Positions 26,801-39,542 are shown, counted from the whole stretch's first letter. The stretch: DNA of 59,202 nucleotides, filler included, from Sphacelaria rigidula (GCA_964200075.2; 3 parts of 3 records of this genome joined end to end with filler, not necessarily neighbours in it), one strand, 5' to 3'. Program-made: numbers and translations. The notes: generated by a model from the letters alone, not told the origin.

Positions 26801-29800
26801 CGGATTAATTTGAGCGACGTTGTTCATTTCTCGCGAGTTGGGTCCAAGCGAGTTTGCAAGCTTTCGATCGAAAAACGACTGACATTCGTGCAGCGGCACT
26901 TGTTCGCTTGTCTACAGTATAGCACTGTACCGTCTGCGCTGTATGCATAAGATGTGCCTGAGGGTGTGTGTGTGTGTGTTTCGTACAGTAGGACGTGAAA
27001 GAGAAGCTGGTAACGTGCAGTTCAGACAGCACACGACTCATTGTACTCTCTGCTTACAGTGCGACATGAAAAGGACTTGATCAACGTGCAGCTTTGTACT
27101 GCCTGCGCTGTCCATGAGTGTACGCATGTCGGCCGTCCATCCTACCACGCGGTCCCGTCGCCGCTCCCTACCTTGAAACAAGATGCTGAAGATTTCGCCA
27201 ACTAGAAATAAACGCATTATACCCAACTCCTCCAGTGTATGTATGGTTGTGCCTAACTCGTGCTCTATGCTGTCGAGCCGCGGTGGTAGCTGAGAATGAG
27301 TTGTGTAGGGGTTTGCATGGTTCTGTGAACGGGTGGTATCTGGCGTGGTGGTCTGCAAGATAGGAGTCCAGTGCCCCTTCGGACCTTTCCTCCGCATGTT
27401 TTCGATAAAAAAAGCCAAGGGCAGGTCGGGTAGGGCACGTAATTTCGACTACTCGGGTAAAATACCCGAGCACGTTCTCTACCCAAGGTTTGGGTAGATT
27501 GTATACGTCCTCAAATAATCTGTCCAATGTTTGGTAAATGGGGTACGAGCTCAAATGTTCTACCCAAATGTTGCGTAAGTGCCCTCAGCAATATCTGGGT
27601 ACAGAGTATCACTTGCGTATGACCACAAGACTCTACCCAACGTTTGGGTAGATTGGGTCTGACCTTGAATACTCTACCCGAATTCTGGGTAGATTGGGTA
27701 CAACTTCAAATACCCTACTCAAATATTGGGTAAGCACTCTCAGCTATACCTGAAAATAGATTTTCACTTGGGTATGAACTTGATACTCCGTTCAAGATTT
27801 GGGTATTTTGGATACGATCGGGGAGACTCTGCCCAAATTTTCGGTAGGTTGGATACGATTTCAACACTCTGCCCGAATGTTTGGGCACGACGACTATGAT
27901 TTTTTAAAATACCGAGTATTGGGTACACCCTACCCGACCTGCCCTTGGATATGACCTCTTTTCTAAGAGCACTCTTATCTTCTCTTGTGCGCAGGCAGTT
28001 TCGCCACACACACTTGTCAGCTTTGCCACACACACTTGTCGTTTTCCATATTTGAGGAAAGCACTTAGCGATTCGGAATCACGGTAGTCGCGACCGGTAA
28101 GGTTTCAAAATCCGGCCTCGCTAGTGGGCGAAAAATATGTAAAAAACGCATCCTCGATCCGTTTTTTCTTTTTTCCTTTTTTTCTGTGACTGCAGCATGC
28201 TTCTTCAGTTTTTTGTGCGTTCTCAGCAGCGACGTGGTGTCGTTAGTCACGGCGCTTGTTCAACCCGACACGAGTAGGATCATAGCGATGACTATCGAAG
28301 AACAGTGCAAGCGCGCACTTACTTTTATTCTTTTCATTAAGGCGTAAACCTCCATCATGTTTGTTCCGTGTAGCGGCAGAGATGTGGTTTCCACAATGCT
28401 CGAGCTCTCGTACTGCACCGGACCTCACCACTACTCATACTTTGCACCCAGCTGACCTCGAGCTGCGTGCTCGTGTATTCGTCCTCTCTTCCCCTGTCTT
28501 GTTCCCACCGCCCTGCTCCCGGGCTCGCCCCGTGAACGAGTTGACTATATTTCCCTTGAGCATTCCTAGGTCCTTCCCCTGCTTTTGGTTTTGAGGTTTT
28601 GATGTATTGATGGCTTCGGTGTTGGCCCTGTAGCATTTCAGGGGGCCGTCCCGTTTCCATTTTGTCGTTGGAGTGTTTGTTTTTTGCACCCGCGCGCGCG
28701 CGTGTGTGTGTGTGTGTGTTTTCTGATGTAAAAAATTGTGGCTTATTGGCGTATTGTTTCGTATACCTGCGGTGGAATGTTCGTGGCGAGGAGGGGGCGT
28801 ACTCATTTGTTGCTTGCCGTAGTCATTTGGCGATGAACCACATGTTATTTTCGATAGGGAGCGGGGTGGGGGGGGGGGGCGGTATCCACATGCGTGTGGT
28901 GTTTGATCTGTCGCAGCATGAGTTTTGTCGAGACGGAGCCGAGACTTTGAATGTTCAAGCCGTCATGACCCATGCAGTGTCAAGACACATCAATCATCAG
29001 TACACGTACATTCACGGAAAGAAATGGAAATCTGAAATCTTTCGTCGGTAGACACAATAAGAGTGATAATGAATATCGGCGTTGAGAGAGCATGAAGAAG
29101 GTCTTCCCTATTTTCCTCACTTGGCACAGACTTCCGCCCTCCTAAAATGGACATTAACTATAAAATATGATCTGCTCGCGGGATGCGCACCAACAGAGTC
29201 TCATGTACAAGCACGTTTTTTCATTCATTATTTTGCGTGTACCTGTTTGAACAGGCGGCATCGCGGGCGGGAGAAGGCGTGCTGCGAGCGGAAGATGTCG
29301 CGGACTGCGTGTCTCGGGAGTTGATGGGAGCCAGCAGGCGTTCTGAGTTTGGGTCGGCGATGAGGAAGGCTCGAGCCTGGATGCTTGCCGGCCCTGCGTG
29401 AGAACAACGAAAACAAGTGTCATCTGTAGTAGTAGTAGTAGTAGTAGTAGTAGTTGTTGTTGTTGTTATGACCATCGTCATCATAATCGTCTTTTTTATT
29501 ACTATTATCGCCGCCAAATTTCACTGTCCAACTCTGAGTAAAAAATTGTGAATCCGCCTGCAAACTACAAATCTGCTTCTAGGCTGGCCCAGCTCGTACA
29601 CACATATATGTATATATATGTACATACATTCAGGGAAAGTTACGTTATTAAACGAATTTTGGCAAGAAACGCGTACTAGTAGCATTTATTTTGCTATAAA
29701 ATTGCCTTTTGCTCATTATTGTCTGTAGCCTCTTTTCGTCCTAAACCGACGGCTGACTGTATTGCCGATGAATATCCGGATAACGCGAGCCTTGGGAACC

Positions 29801-32800
29801 ACGAACGCCTTTAGTCTCACAGAAGAATTCCAGTGGTTGTAACGTACATACGTCAAGGTCGGTCGACCTGCAAGGCCTGTGTTGTTGGCGAACGCATGTC
29901 GATCTTGAAGTGACCCTCCCACTGTAGAACATTTCTTTTGATGTTTCCGTCTTTTTTGCAAAATTCCGTGGTTTGGTCGATGTCCATCCGTAGCGGGTGA
30001 TGCTAATTTATTTTTCCTGGTTAGTTTCACCTTTCCGTTTTGATTTTGGTTATTTTCAAACATGATGGGGATCCTCATAGCTTTTTGGGGTGTCCGAGAG
30101 TGCTCTTCGGGAGACGTTTCCCGCCGTTTCTTGTAAAGGACGGGGAAGCCAATTTGTTTTCGTGTTGATGTGTTGATGTGTTGATGCACCCCATCACTGT
30201 TTCCATGGGAAATCTCGAATGTTCCAGTAATGGTGTACGGTTGTACACACTTTACACTCATGTTGTGCTTTGTGTGGTTATTTTTCGATCGCTTTACATC
30301 GACAGCTATCTAAAGGCGTTCTTCGGGAAGAGCGAAGCTTGGCAGAATGCCTTCCGCCGATTCCTGGAAACCCCACCGAAAAGCGTGAACGATCGGATTG
30401 TCCTGCGGGAAGTGATGGAGCTTCTCAGGACTGGCGTTCGTTACATGTGTCCTCGGGGGCTGATGATCCTGGCCGATGCCACGGAGGTACGCTCACTTCA
30501 GCCCTGCTATTTCGTTTTCTACTCTTTTCTACCTCCCTTCACCCTCGCCCCCGCCCCCCCAATCTACTTCCCTCTTGTTTCGTTTTTTTATCCCCGATTG
30601 GTTCTCTTCGTTTTGCTCGTGTGGCTTCGATGCAGCGCAGTTTCTGATCGGTTCCATTGTTTTCAATGCTTCCGGCAATCATGACCCACCAGCAAATATC
30701 AAATCGTCCTTCAGGGGTGGTCGTGAGCGGATAATGACCGGTATCTCAGGGAAGTTCTAGGAAGTAATTAGTTCAGCGTGACACTCAGTGTGCACACAGG
30801 TGGAATTAACTGTACCATAGAAAACTTGACGAGAGTCGACGCTGTTGTCCAGGTGAAAAGCCCAACATTCCCGATTTTGTGCCGCAAGACATGTTTGGCC
30901 GACCCGAAGGACTGCTAGGCATGTGGTGAGTCGCTGGGGGTCCTGAACATCCTGAAGGGCTGTAAGAGCTGTCGGTGCCGGCCAGGCGATCCGTGATGGC
31001 GTTGTATTTTATGTAGGATACATGGTAGATGGGCTTGTGAAGCTTACACTAACTCCGGATCGCGAGGTGGAACATTCCACAGGCACCGTAGGTGAGGTAG
31101 GTACCCGGTACCGGTATTTGGGACATTTTATATCCTACCGATACCGGTCCAATCGGGTATTTTCAAATCCCACACCTACGATACCCACGACACCACGGTA
31201 TCTCGAGATATCAATACCTTCCATACCCACTCGATTGGGTATTTTCAAATGCCGTACCTACGATACATACGATACCACGGTATTTCGAGATTTCCATACC
31301 TACCGTACCCGCTTAATCAAGACTTGTCAAAACTCATGCCTACGATACATGAGATACCACGGTATTTCCAGATTTCCATTCCTACCGTATCCGCTCAATC
31401 GGGTATTTTCAAAACTCATACCTACGATACGTACGCATACCACGGTATGGGATATCCCGGTAAATACCGGGGGTAAACGCGGTGAACACCGGACGCGATG
31501 CACTCCCTACAATGCAGCAGCTGGTCCCAATTTGCGCAAAGGCCAGAAGTTGTCGGAGCAGGTACGTCTTGTTTCCACAAGTAATACATACCTAGATTCC
31601 CCCTGATTTTCGTGGTTGAATCAATTCGAATGAACTTATCATCATCATTTAGTCTGAAGTGAGGTCGATTTTTTCCCCTCCATCTGATAGGTCCACCGCA
31701 TGTCTCTCATTAGAAGGTTTTGACTCAAATTTGTAATTAGTGGCGTGCGGAGAAACACTTCAAAACAATAGAGCTAAGCTTTTTCGATCGAAAACATGCG
31801 GCCGAAAGGCACGAAGCGGCACTTGACTCCTATCTTACAGACCACCACGCTAGATAACACCCATTCACAGAACCATGCTAACTCCATCCAACTCATTTTC
31901 AGCTACCACTGCACCACTGCAGCATCCAGCACGAGTTGAGCACAGGGGTAGATAGTACACTTCAGTAGTTGGCTATGCTTTGTTTATTTTTTGACAGCGA
32001 AAACTTGCGTATTTTCTTTCATGGTAGGATCAGCTATGGTGGGATCAGCTTCGGAACTGCGTGGTACGGTGGGCCACCGAGTTGCGTACACGCTCATGGA
32101 CAGTGCGGGCAGTACAACGCTGTCTGTCGTTGAAGTCTCTTTCACGTCGCACTGTAAGCAGAGAAAACTGAGAGCCCTGGGCTGTCTGCACTGCACGTTG
32201 CCCGCTTCTCTTCGAAATTCTACCGTACGAAACACGCACACACCTACGAGACTGTCTGTACTGTACACGAGACCATGTACCGTTTCACGAATTTCACTGT
32301 CTTTGTGAAAACGAAAGGCTGAAAATCCGCTTGGACCCAACTTTAGAAAAATGAGCGATTTACGCTGAAATCAATTACACCGCCCCATTTTTTCGATCGA
32401 AGAAACAAAGGTGCAAATATACCCCCTGAAACGCTTCTCCGCACTGCCGTATGACACTTTTGATTTTGGTATGGAGGGAGAGGCAGGTACCCGGTACTGG
32501 TATTTGGGACATTTTATACCCTACCGATACCGACCCAATCGGGTATCTTTCAAATGTCATGCCTACGATACCAACGATACCACTGTAAAATACGAGATTT
32601 CAATGCCTACAGTGCTTGCCCAATCGGGTATTTTTCAAATGTCATACCCACGATACCACGGTATTTCGAGATGTCAGTACCTACCGTACTCGCTCAATCA
32701 GGTATTTTCAAAACTCGTAACTACGATACGTACGATATCACGGTATTTCGAGATTTCGACACCTAACGTACTCGCTCAATCAGGTATTTTCAAAACTCGT

Positions 32801-35800
32801 AACTACGATACGCACGATATCACGGTATTTCGAGATTTCGACACCTACCGTACCCGCTCAATCCGGTATTCTCAAATGCCATACCTATGATACCTACAAC
32901 ATCAGGGTATTTCGAGATTTCAATACCTACCGCACCTGCTCAATCCGGTACTTTCAAATGTCATACCTGCGACACCTACGATACCAGGGTATTTCGAGAT
33001 TTTATTACCCACCCCTACCCGCCAGACCCGGTATTTTCAAGTGTCGTACCTACGATACCTACGCATACCACGGTATGGGATACCCTGGTAAATACCGGGG
33101 GTACGCTCGGTACGGTACATTACCTACAGTACCTTACCTACGGTGCCTATCGAACATTCCATTCCTAACGGGTTCGACTCTAATTTTTCACCTGCGGTAG
33201 ATTCATTCTGAGGGTCGATTTTCGTTTGCAGCAGGAGAGAAAAACCGCTCACATGACGAAGCTAAAAATTACCTCACCTACTGTACACAGAGACGCGTCA
33301 AGCGGCGCGAGATGATTCGCACTGTGGGCTGAAATCAGCTTTTAGGAATGACTCGATCAAGGGGTGACCCATTGGGATGGAACGATTGCAACATGATCGC
33401 GTTTAATTTAGTATCTGGAGCAGCTTCAGCGTTTCTTCTGTCGTCTGAAAGCGCAACATCAATTTTCGCATGTCGCAGAAGACAACGTCTTCTCAAAAGA
33501 TGCAGGAGTGCTCAGGAATCATTTTGCCTAGACAGAGATGCGAGTAGTGGCGCGGGATCCGTAGTGTGAGCTTTAATGGATATAAGAATGATTGTACCAT
33601 GATCGCGTCAACCGCTCTGGGACTGGGCCTCCAGAATGACCGATGAGGCTGGTGAGGAATGACGTGTCTTGCATATGCATGAAACAGTGGCTTCACGCTT
33701 CATGTTGCTAAATATTCACGTGTGTATGTAATCGCAGGGTTAGATGCAGAACGAAAGTTTTATCCAATCTATTTTCAGGTGCATCTACAAGCTGTCTGTA
33801 CTATAATTCGGGTGTTGTGCGCATCAGTTAATGTAAAGATGTATCGAGCAGTATGAGTCGCCGTGGAGAGCTTTCAACAGGATGTGGCAATCGCCGTCCG
33901 CGGCTTGTGGCCTTGGATATTGCTCTAGTCCCGATCACCTTGCCACAGCCATTTGTGGTAAGGGTGGGCCGCGATTTCCCTCTTGGTTGCGAGCGGCAAA
34001 TTCTCTTCGAACGGCATGGGCGTTGCGCTGCAGATACAGTACAGTGCAGCACGCCTTTTCGAATGCAGCAGCAGCTGCCGCTGCATACTCCCTCACATCT
34101 TCTGGGCAGTTCTCCGCGATGGAGATCAGCTGCCCATACACAGCTTGTTTGATACCGTCGATTACATACGATCTCACCGCCGCTTTGTATCGCTTCGACA
34201 GAGGAATATGCAGAACCCATTCCTCGAGCTCCGTCTCTCGTCCCACAGCGTTGCCAGATTCAGTCGCCTTGTGAACCTGGCCACATATATAGTAAAGTAT
34301 ATTTTTTCCCGAATTTCCCCCGAGCACTGTGTCAGCGTACTCAACTAGGGTTTACTATACGATGGTGAGCCAAACACAAATGTTATTATTTTACTAATAC
34401 TGTCAATGGTGAACCCCTTGTTAATGAGCTTCAGTCCCAAAATGGTTAAGGTTAGGATTTACGGCAGGTTCGGCGTTTCTCCCGTCGCTTGTCGTCTGGA
34501 GACGCAACAGCGATTTTCTCATGCCACATGAGGCGTTAGCTGCTCAAAAAAATATAGGACTCACGAAATCATTTCAATCGCAGTGAGAGATGCACGGAGT
34601 GGCGCCAGGTTCGCACCATGAGCTGAGGTCAGGTTTTGAAAGTCAATCGATTAACGGGTGGCCCATGTAAATAGACGACAACCCTGTTTTCTTTTTTCGC
34701 TGACGGAGCCCAATCTCCTACAGAGCTTGGAACTGTTAGGACGTGACATGGAATTGATTCGATCGAATTCGTGCCTTTCGCGCGGTTTCGGTCCGAGCGA
34801 ATTTGTAAACTTTCGATCGAAAAAAGAGGATGGAATTCGTGTAGCGGTACTTATTCACTTGTAATCAGCACGGACGGTACAGTACTGTTTGCCCTGTCCG
34901 CATATTGCGTGTGGGTGCGTGTGTGCGTGTTTCGTACGGTCGGTTATGTAGGAGAAGCTGACAACATGCAGTACAGACAACACAGGACTGTCTCTACTCT
35001 CTGATACACACAGGAGGGTGTGAAGAGGATTTGAACAACGTGCAGTTTCGTACTGCCTGTACTGTACACGAGCGTGTATGACGGTTGCCCACCCCACCAC
35101 GCCATTCCGTCGCCCACTCCTACCATTATAGAAGATACTGAAGTTTTCCCTGACAACAGAAGGAGTATATCATGCCAAGAGGGTGATAAAACGGGGTTTT
35201 CAACTGGTGCAAAGTGTATCCCTGCGCTCAACTGGTGCTCTATGCTGCAGGGTTGCGGTGGTTGCTGAGAGTGAATTGTGCGGGGTTGCATGGTTCTGTG
35301 AATGGGTGGTGTCTGTCGTGGTGGTCTACAAGATAGAAGTCAAGTGCCTCTTCGTTCTTTTCCGCCGCATGCTTTCGATCGAAAAGGTTGAGCTTTCCCA
35401 TTTTTGTGTACTCCGGTCGCGCAAGAAATACTCTACACAGGACGTAAAAGCCATATGAGAACATGATTGAAGTGGACGTATCAGACGAAAAAAATTATTT
35501 CCGTCCCACTTTTTCGATCTAATGTTTTTTTTTTATAAGGCCTTCATTAACTGGTTCACCTATAAAATCGTACAGGGCCAGCAACCCATATGTCTTGTAG
35601 CGTGAGAAAGCACGGGTAAGGCACATCGGCATCACCCGATTGGCACGCTTTATCCTCGCCCACATCATTTCGAACGTGTCTCGACACCTTCCTTCATCCA
35701 ACCCCTTCCCGGGGCAAAAGCGTAGAATTCGATAGGATTAGGCCAGACTCTTCTATCGATACCTCTGGCCGAGTGCAGGGGAACAATCGGTCGTCGGAAC

Positions 35801-38549
35801 TCTTCATGGGAATAGAAAAATGCTTCATCCACTTGACCGTACGTGGTCGATAGTCTCCACAGCTGAGGCATGCAAATCATGAGAATGCCCCTCGCCGCAC
35901 TCTTGTCCGCCTCCGGGTTGTACCGGATACCCCCGACAATGCACGCACAGGTTTGTTTAACGCCAACATTGTCCGATACTTGGATACCGTCCGATGGGGG
36001 CGCCGGGGAGGTCTTTGGGGACTGGCGTCCAGCCACCTTCCGGAAGGATAGTCCTCGGGAGCTCGAGGTATACCGTCACATGTACATATCATATCTGAGG
36101 GAATCTTACTGCGACTACGTGTGTGTACTGCTCTACTTTGAAGAACTTTTCAACACCCTTTCGAGTGACTTATCTCGAAATATATACAAAGCGAACGAAG
36201 AATAGACCGGAAAGTGAGGGCTGCACCGTGTAAGGACAGTACCACTGGGTACGGCAACATAGCGATCGTCGATGGGTGCACTGACAGCATCATGATGGAA
36301 ACGACCGCTGAAGGCACCGTACCACCGGGAAAACAAGAGAGCAGGTATTGTCTTCATCATTGACCGATGTGAGCAAATGGCAGGAGATGCAACCTCTGAT
36401 TTGCACGGCAATGAGAGAGCTATCTTCTGACAAGTCATTTTTTTGCCCTGTCGCCTCTCAATTTTTTTGCGGTTACTAATAGGGTTCTCGTATCCTTAGC
36501 TTGTGGTACGATGCCTCCCTTGGGTATATGTTTGTCGGCCTCTTACCGTTCCCGTAGGAATCATTCGGTATTTCCCCGACTGCCGTGATTTCACGTTTAC
36601 CAACACAGGTGAAAGAAGCGCTACGGCTGTCGGTATTGGAACTTCTCGTGGCTGTTGTTGCGTCATCTTCACCACCACCACCATCATCAGCAGCATCGCC
36701 CTGCACTGACTTGCATCGAAAGACGACCACCGCCTTGGCTCGATCGTCGCTGGTGCCTGTTTTATGTGACGAGTTCATGGCGGGAGAAAACGAATTCGGA
36801 GGAGCTCCACGGCGATCTGATGACGGTATTGGTGGCAACGGGGAACGTTCGCCTCGAGCACGGTGAGACAGCAACGAGACCGAGACAGCACAACGAGACC
36901 GACCTACCGATAGACAGACAGGCAGAACAGACGGGCAGGCAGGCAGGCAGGCATGCAGGCAGGCAGGCAAAACAAATCCATGCTAGCTTACTAAAACAAA
37001 ATGCGGGATCCTATTCCATGGCACGCAACTTCGTGCCGGCTTTAGGGCAACATCTTGTCTCTTGTTTTCAACTTTGGAAGCTGCTGTGAACCACACTGAA
37101 CTTCAAAACGTTCCTTCGATTCGTGGCTGCAGAATCCTTGATCCCCTGTTCCCCATCCCTCCCCCCCCCGCCCTCCTCCCCCCAACGAATGACAGACGCC
37201 TCGCGATAGAATTTGTCGCCGGCCTAGTGCGCAGGTGCGGGCCGGAAGTCACCCGGATATGGTCGGGGGTCTCTCAGCAGGGGCCGGCGGTAGGCAAGCA
37301 GGCTAGGGAGAACAGACGCACTCTTACGATGGGCGAGGGGTTAGAATTTGACGAGCAAACGGGGGAAGCTCGGTTCTGGACGTCTTCCGTCCTTGCACAC
37401 ATGATACAGGTATGCATTACGGGGGGAAAACATGACGGTTATTTTGCTCTCTTGTACCCGAACGGCGCCGCAAACGTAATTTTCGTTGGGTTCGCGCAAG
37501 CACTATTTAGTTGAACTGCGTGTTTTGTGTTGATGAGTGCTTTACTCATGTGGCTTCGCCAATTGACAATTTCCCCCTTCCCGGCGGTTCTGAAGGATGA
37601 TTCACAAGAGCTAAAGTATAGCGCATGCGTTCCCCCTCTCCAGCGGGTCTGAGTGGTTGTACGAAAGTGTTGAAATATGACGTGAATTTTCCAAGGTGGG
37701 CTCACTGTCAGAAAACGTGCAAATCTTGGAAGCTTCGGAAGGTGCGGCGCCGGGCAAGAGGAAAAAAAGGTAGATACTCGAATGTGCAATATCGCTTGCT
37801 GTGTACCTGCAGTTGATGAGGCCTGGGCAGGTACGAGGGCACAGTATGCTTGCGCTTAGTCACTCAATTTATGCTCCCATCAATCCGTTGTAGTAGGCAA
37901 GAATGACTGACTTTAAGGTGTTAACTGCCGTCCACTCAAATCCCAGGTACCCGAGTACAACAACTGGGGTGCAGTAGTCGCACATCTTACCGTATCGCGC
38001 TGCATCACACTCCGCTTGAGAATATTCAGGTGGTACCTTTCGAGTATGAGATACGCAGCCCTTGTTTACTTGCAATTGGGGTACCCTACTACGAACGACT
38101 TGCCTTGAATACAGAGCGAAAGTGTGTTATGGATTGCCCGTGAGATCAGGGTGGTGGGGCGGGGGGGGGTAGAAGGGGGTTGGAGCATACGGTCTCAACC
38201 TTCCAGTTACACCCCTGTTCACCACCCCATTTGCTCGTGTAGAGAATGCAAAAAGAGTCATCATTGTCGCTGTCAAGCTTTTTTTTGGTGCCCCCACAAC
38301 AGCTGGCGTGAACCGTTCGGCATCCCGTCGTTTCACCATTGCTTGAGATTTACTTGAAAGCAGAGCATGTCTTTGTTACTGTCGTTCGTGTTGCGACTAT
38401 TGCCGCACTTTTGGATGCGAAGGCCCTGGCGAGAACGGCCTCTGTCCATCGAGCTCCGGACGGGTTTCGAGGTCGGTCGGTTCTGACGGTGTCGCTTGTG
38501 GGCTTACAGGCCATACTTCATTCTGCCTGTACGATCCTTCCTTGGAAAC
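20646..38549 (+). CDS. RTTN: rotatin-like centriole/basal-body protein, internal 12 exons (~752 aa, partial at both ends)
   Basis: Exons 20646-20830, 21875-22097, 22289-22513, 22941-23269, 24497-24645, 26132-26241, 29255-29397, 30306-30486, 35951-36067, 36609-36862, 37196-37409, 38423-38549. All are AG/GT bounded, phases chain, total 2257 nt with no stop. Motifs LRTAAAEQL, PPVRLTLA, FYVSPILYRAY, WQNAFRRFLETPP and GFRGRSV follow, in order, rotatin motifs recalled as LRKSAAEQL, WHTALNRFLQVLP and SFMGKGV. Confidence 0.8.
21875..22097 (+). CDS. RTTN: rotatin-like exon
   Basis: CTAAC branch site; encodes FSPEHVRNLADAAGSPTLEVGLRTAAAEQL; GAG/gtgagc donor. Alternative acceptor at 21878. Confidence 0.85.
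22289..22513 (+). CDS. RTTN: rotatin-like exon
   Basis: 75 codons including FLGLLWTAVWKFPPVRLTLA. Confidence 0.75.
22941..23269 (+). CDS. RTTN: rotatin-like exon
   Basis: Encodes RRLASRIAVRVAFD...FYVSPILYRAYP; ends phase 2. Confidence 0.8.
23597..23790 (-). repeat. short interspersed repeat ending in an (ATCA)n tail, likely a LINE/SINE 3' end
   Basis: Homologous copies at ~24975-25130 (-) and ~25850-26035 (+) share TTCAGCGAGTGTTTC and end in TGCGACAA followed by an (ATCA)n-like tail. Confidence 0.6.
24497..24645 (+). CDS. RTTN: rotatin-like exon
   Basis: gccag/G TAC...G/gtgcgt; phases fit both neighbours. Confidence 0.7.
26132..26241 (+). CDS. RTTN: rotatin-like exon
   Basis: Phase 1 to 0; encodes RYDVVLRLAAGEW. 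Confidence 0.65.
26434..27948. mobile_element. composite TIR element (family C) with ~40-bp internal repeats and module B
   Basis: Perfect 21-bp TIRs CCAAGGGCAGGTCGGGTAGGG at 27415-27435 and 27928-27948. Diverged left TIR at 26434-26454. ATAT on both outer flanks. Confidence 0.75.
26778..27410 (+). repeat. module B copy 1 (~630 bp)
   Basis: Colinear with 34758-35385 and with the reverse complement of 31781-32402; bounded by TTCGATCGAA-like palindromes. Confidence 0.8.
29255..29397 (+). CDS. RTTN: rotatin-like exon
   Basis: Encodes VADCVSRELMGASRRSEFGSAMRKARAWML; gtgaga donor. Confidence 0.8.
29426..29468. repeat. (TAG)n(TTG)n microsatellite
   Basis: Read directly from the sequence. Confidence 0.9.
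30306..30486 (+). CDS. RTTN: rotatin-like exon
   Basis: Encodes WQNAFRRFLETPPKSVNDRIVLREVMELL; gtacgc donor. Confidence 0.88.
31078..33151 (+). mobile_element. complete non-autonomous TIR element (family A), 8-bp TSD, hAT/P-like
   Basis: Left TIR CACAGGCACCGTAGGTGAGGTA; right TIR TACCTTACCTACGGTGCCTATC. TSD GAACATTC at 31070-31077 and 33152-33159. 82-bp unit arrays at ~31130-31450 and ~32520-33075. Confidence 0.88.
31781..32402 (-). repeat. module B copy 2
   Basis: TTTTCGATCGAAAA at 31781 and TTTCGATCGAA at 32391; reverse-strand homology to copy 1. Confidence 0.8.
34758..35385 (+). repeat. module B copy 3
   Basis: Palindromes at 34758, 34811 and 35373; colinear with copy 1. Confidence 0.8.
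35951..36067 (+). CDS. RTTN: rotatin-like exon
   Basis: 39 codons, phase 0 to 0, AG/GT bounded. Confidence 0.6.
36609..36862 (+). CDS. RTTN: rotatin-like exon
   Basis: Encodes VKEALRLSVLELLVAVV; gtgaga donor. Confidence 0.78.
37196..37409 (+). CDS. RTTN: rotatin-like exon
   Basis: Phase 2 to 0; CAG/gtatgc donor. Confidence 0.75.
38423..38549 (+). CDS. RTTN: rotatin-like exon
   Basis: Encodes ALARTASVHRAPDGFRGRSVL; gtgagt donor. Confidence 0.8.
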
Positions 38550-39442
38550 GTGAGTGATGCTTTTTTTTTTTTTGCCATGATGCGCACTTGCACAAACTAA
38601 CCGCCACCTTGATGCCGTCGAAAACCATCACATGGCTATGTTGCTTGATGTCAACCCCACATTTTTGTCGCCTTTGCTGCAGTGCAGTTAGAGTCCCACT
38701 TCAACACTGCTGTTCACACGGAAACAATACGACCTTATCGGTTAATCGGCCGTGAAGGTTGACTTCCCCATTGTGCCGTAGAAGGCGGTGTGCAACATGG
38801 GCGGTACGTTGTGTAGCACTTCCAGAACGATACCCCCGTCTTGTAACGTTTTCACACTCTGAACAATACGTTACATTGCCAAAAGTGTTCTACGTACAGT
38901 ATAGGCTATCGCGTCTATTGCAATAGACAATCTATTCAACACTGTACGCAGTAGACCTTTTGAGAACTTAGTCCATTGTCTACGATGTGGCGGTTTTTAC
39001 TGTTCTTCGCACCATACCGGTATGGAAAGTACTGTGCCGGGCGATGAAGGTCTCGACTTTTTTTGGCACCGCTTCTGACCCCTTTCCTTCTGTAGTACTT
39101 CTGACCCCTTCCCTTTCTCGGGACGAGTCCGTTATCTTAAGCAATCGACGCATCGCCCCCCCGATACCTGCACATTCTATTACCGAGGATTGTATTAGCG
39201 TGCCCGTACATCTTCGACTCTCGTAGAAATTTCTTTGCTGCTCGCGTCCTCGCGCCTTTAGTATTGGAATTCAAATTCCGCTGAAACAGTTCTCTAGCGT
39301 GGTATTTCCCAAGGTCGGACAGAAAATGATTCGTCTGGGAATTACTTGGTTTTAGTATAATTGATTCTACTCGTACGAATCAATCCCCAGGCTTTGTTTT
39401 CAGCGTTGCAACCCAGGTACACGCAGCCCAGACACGTGGAAT

Positions 39443-39542
39443 NNNNNNNNNNNNNNNNNNNNNNNNNNNNNNNNNNNNNNNNNNNNTTAATTAATTAANN
39501 NNNNNNNNNNNNNNNNNNNNNNNNNNNNNNNNNNNNNNNNNN
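39443..39542. other. assembly gap spacer
   Basis: 44 N + TTAATTAATTAA + 44 N. Confidence 0.98.

Noticed and set aside
28371..28594. rotatin exon candidate
   Set aside because: The acceptor phase does not fit, and the 26241-29255 join already works.
31022..33200. ORFs of 70-194 aa as protein genes
   Set aside because: They are translations of the 82-bp tandem units.
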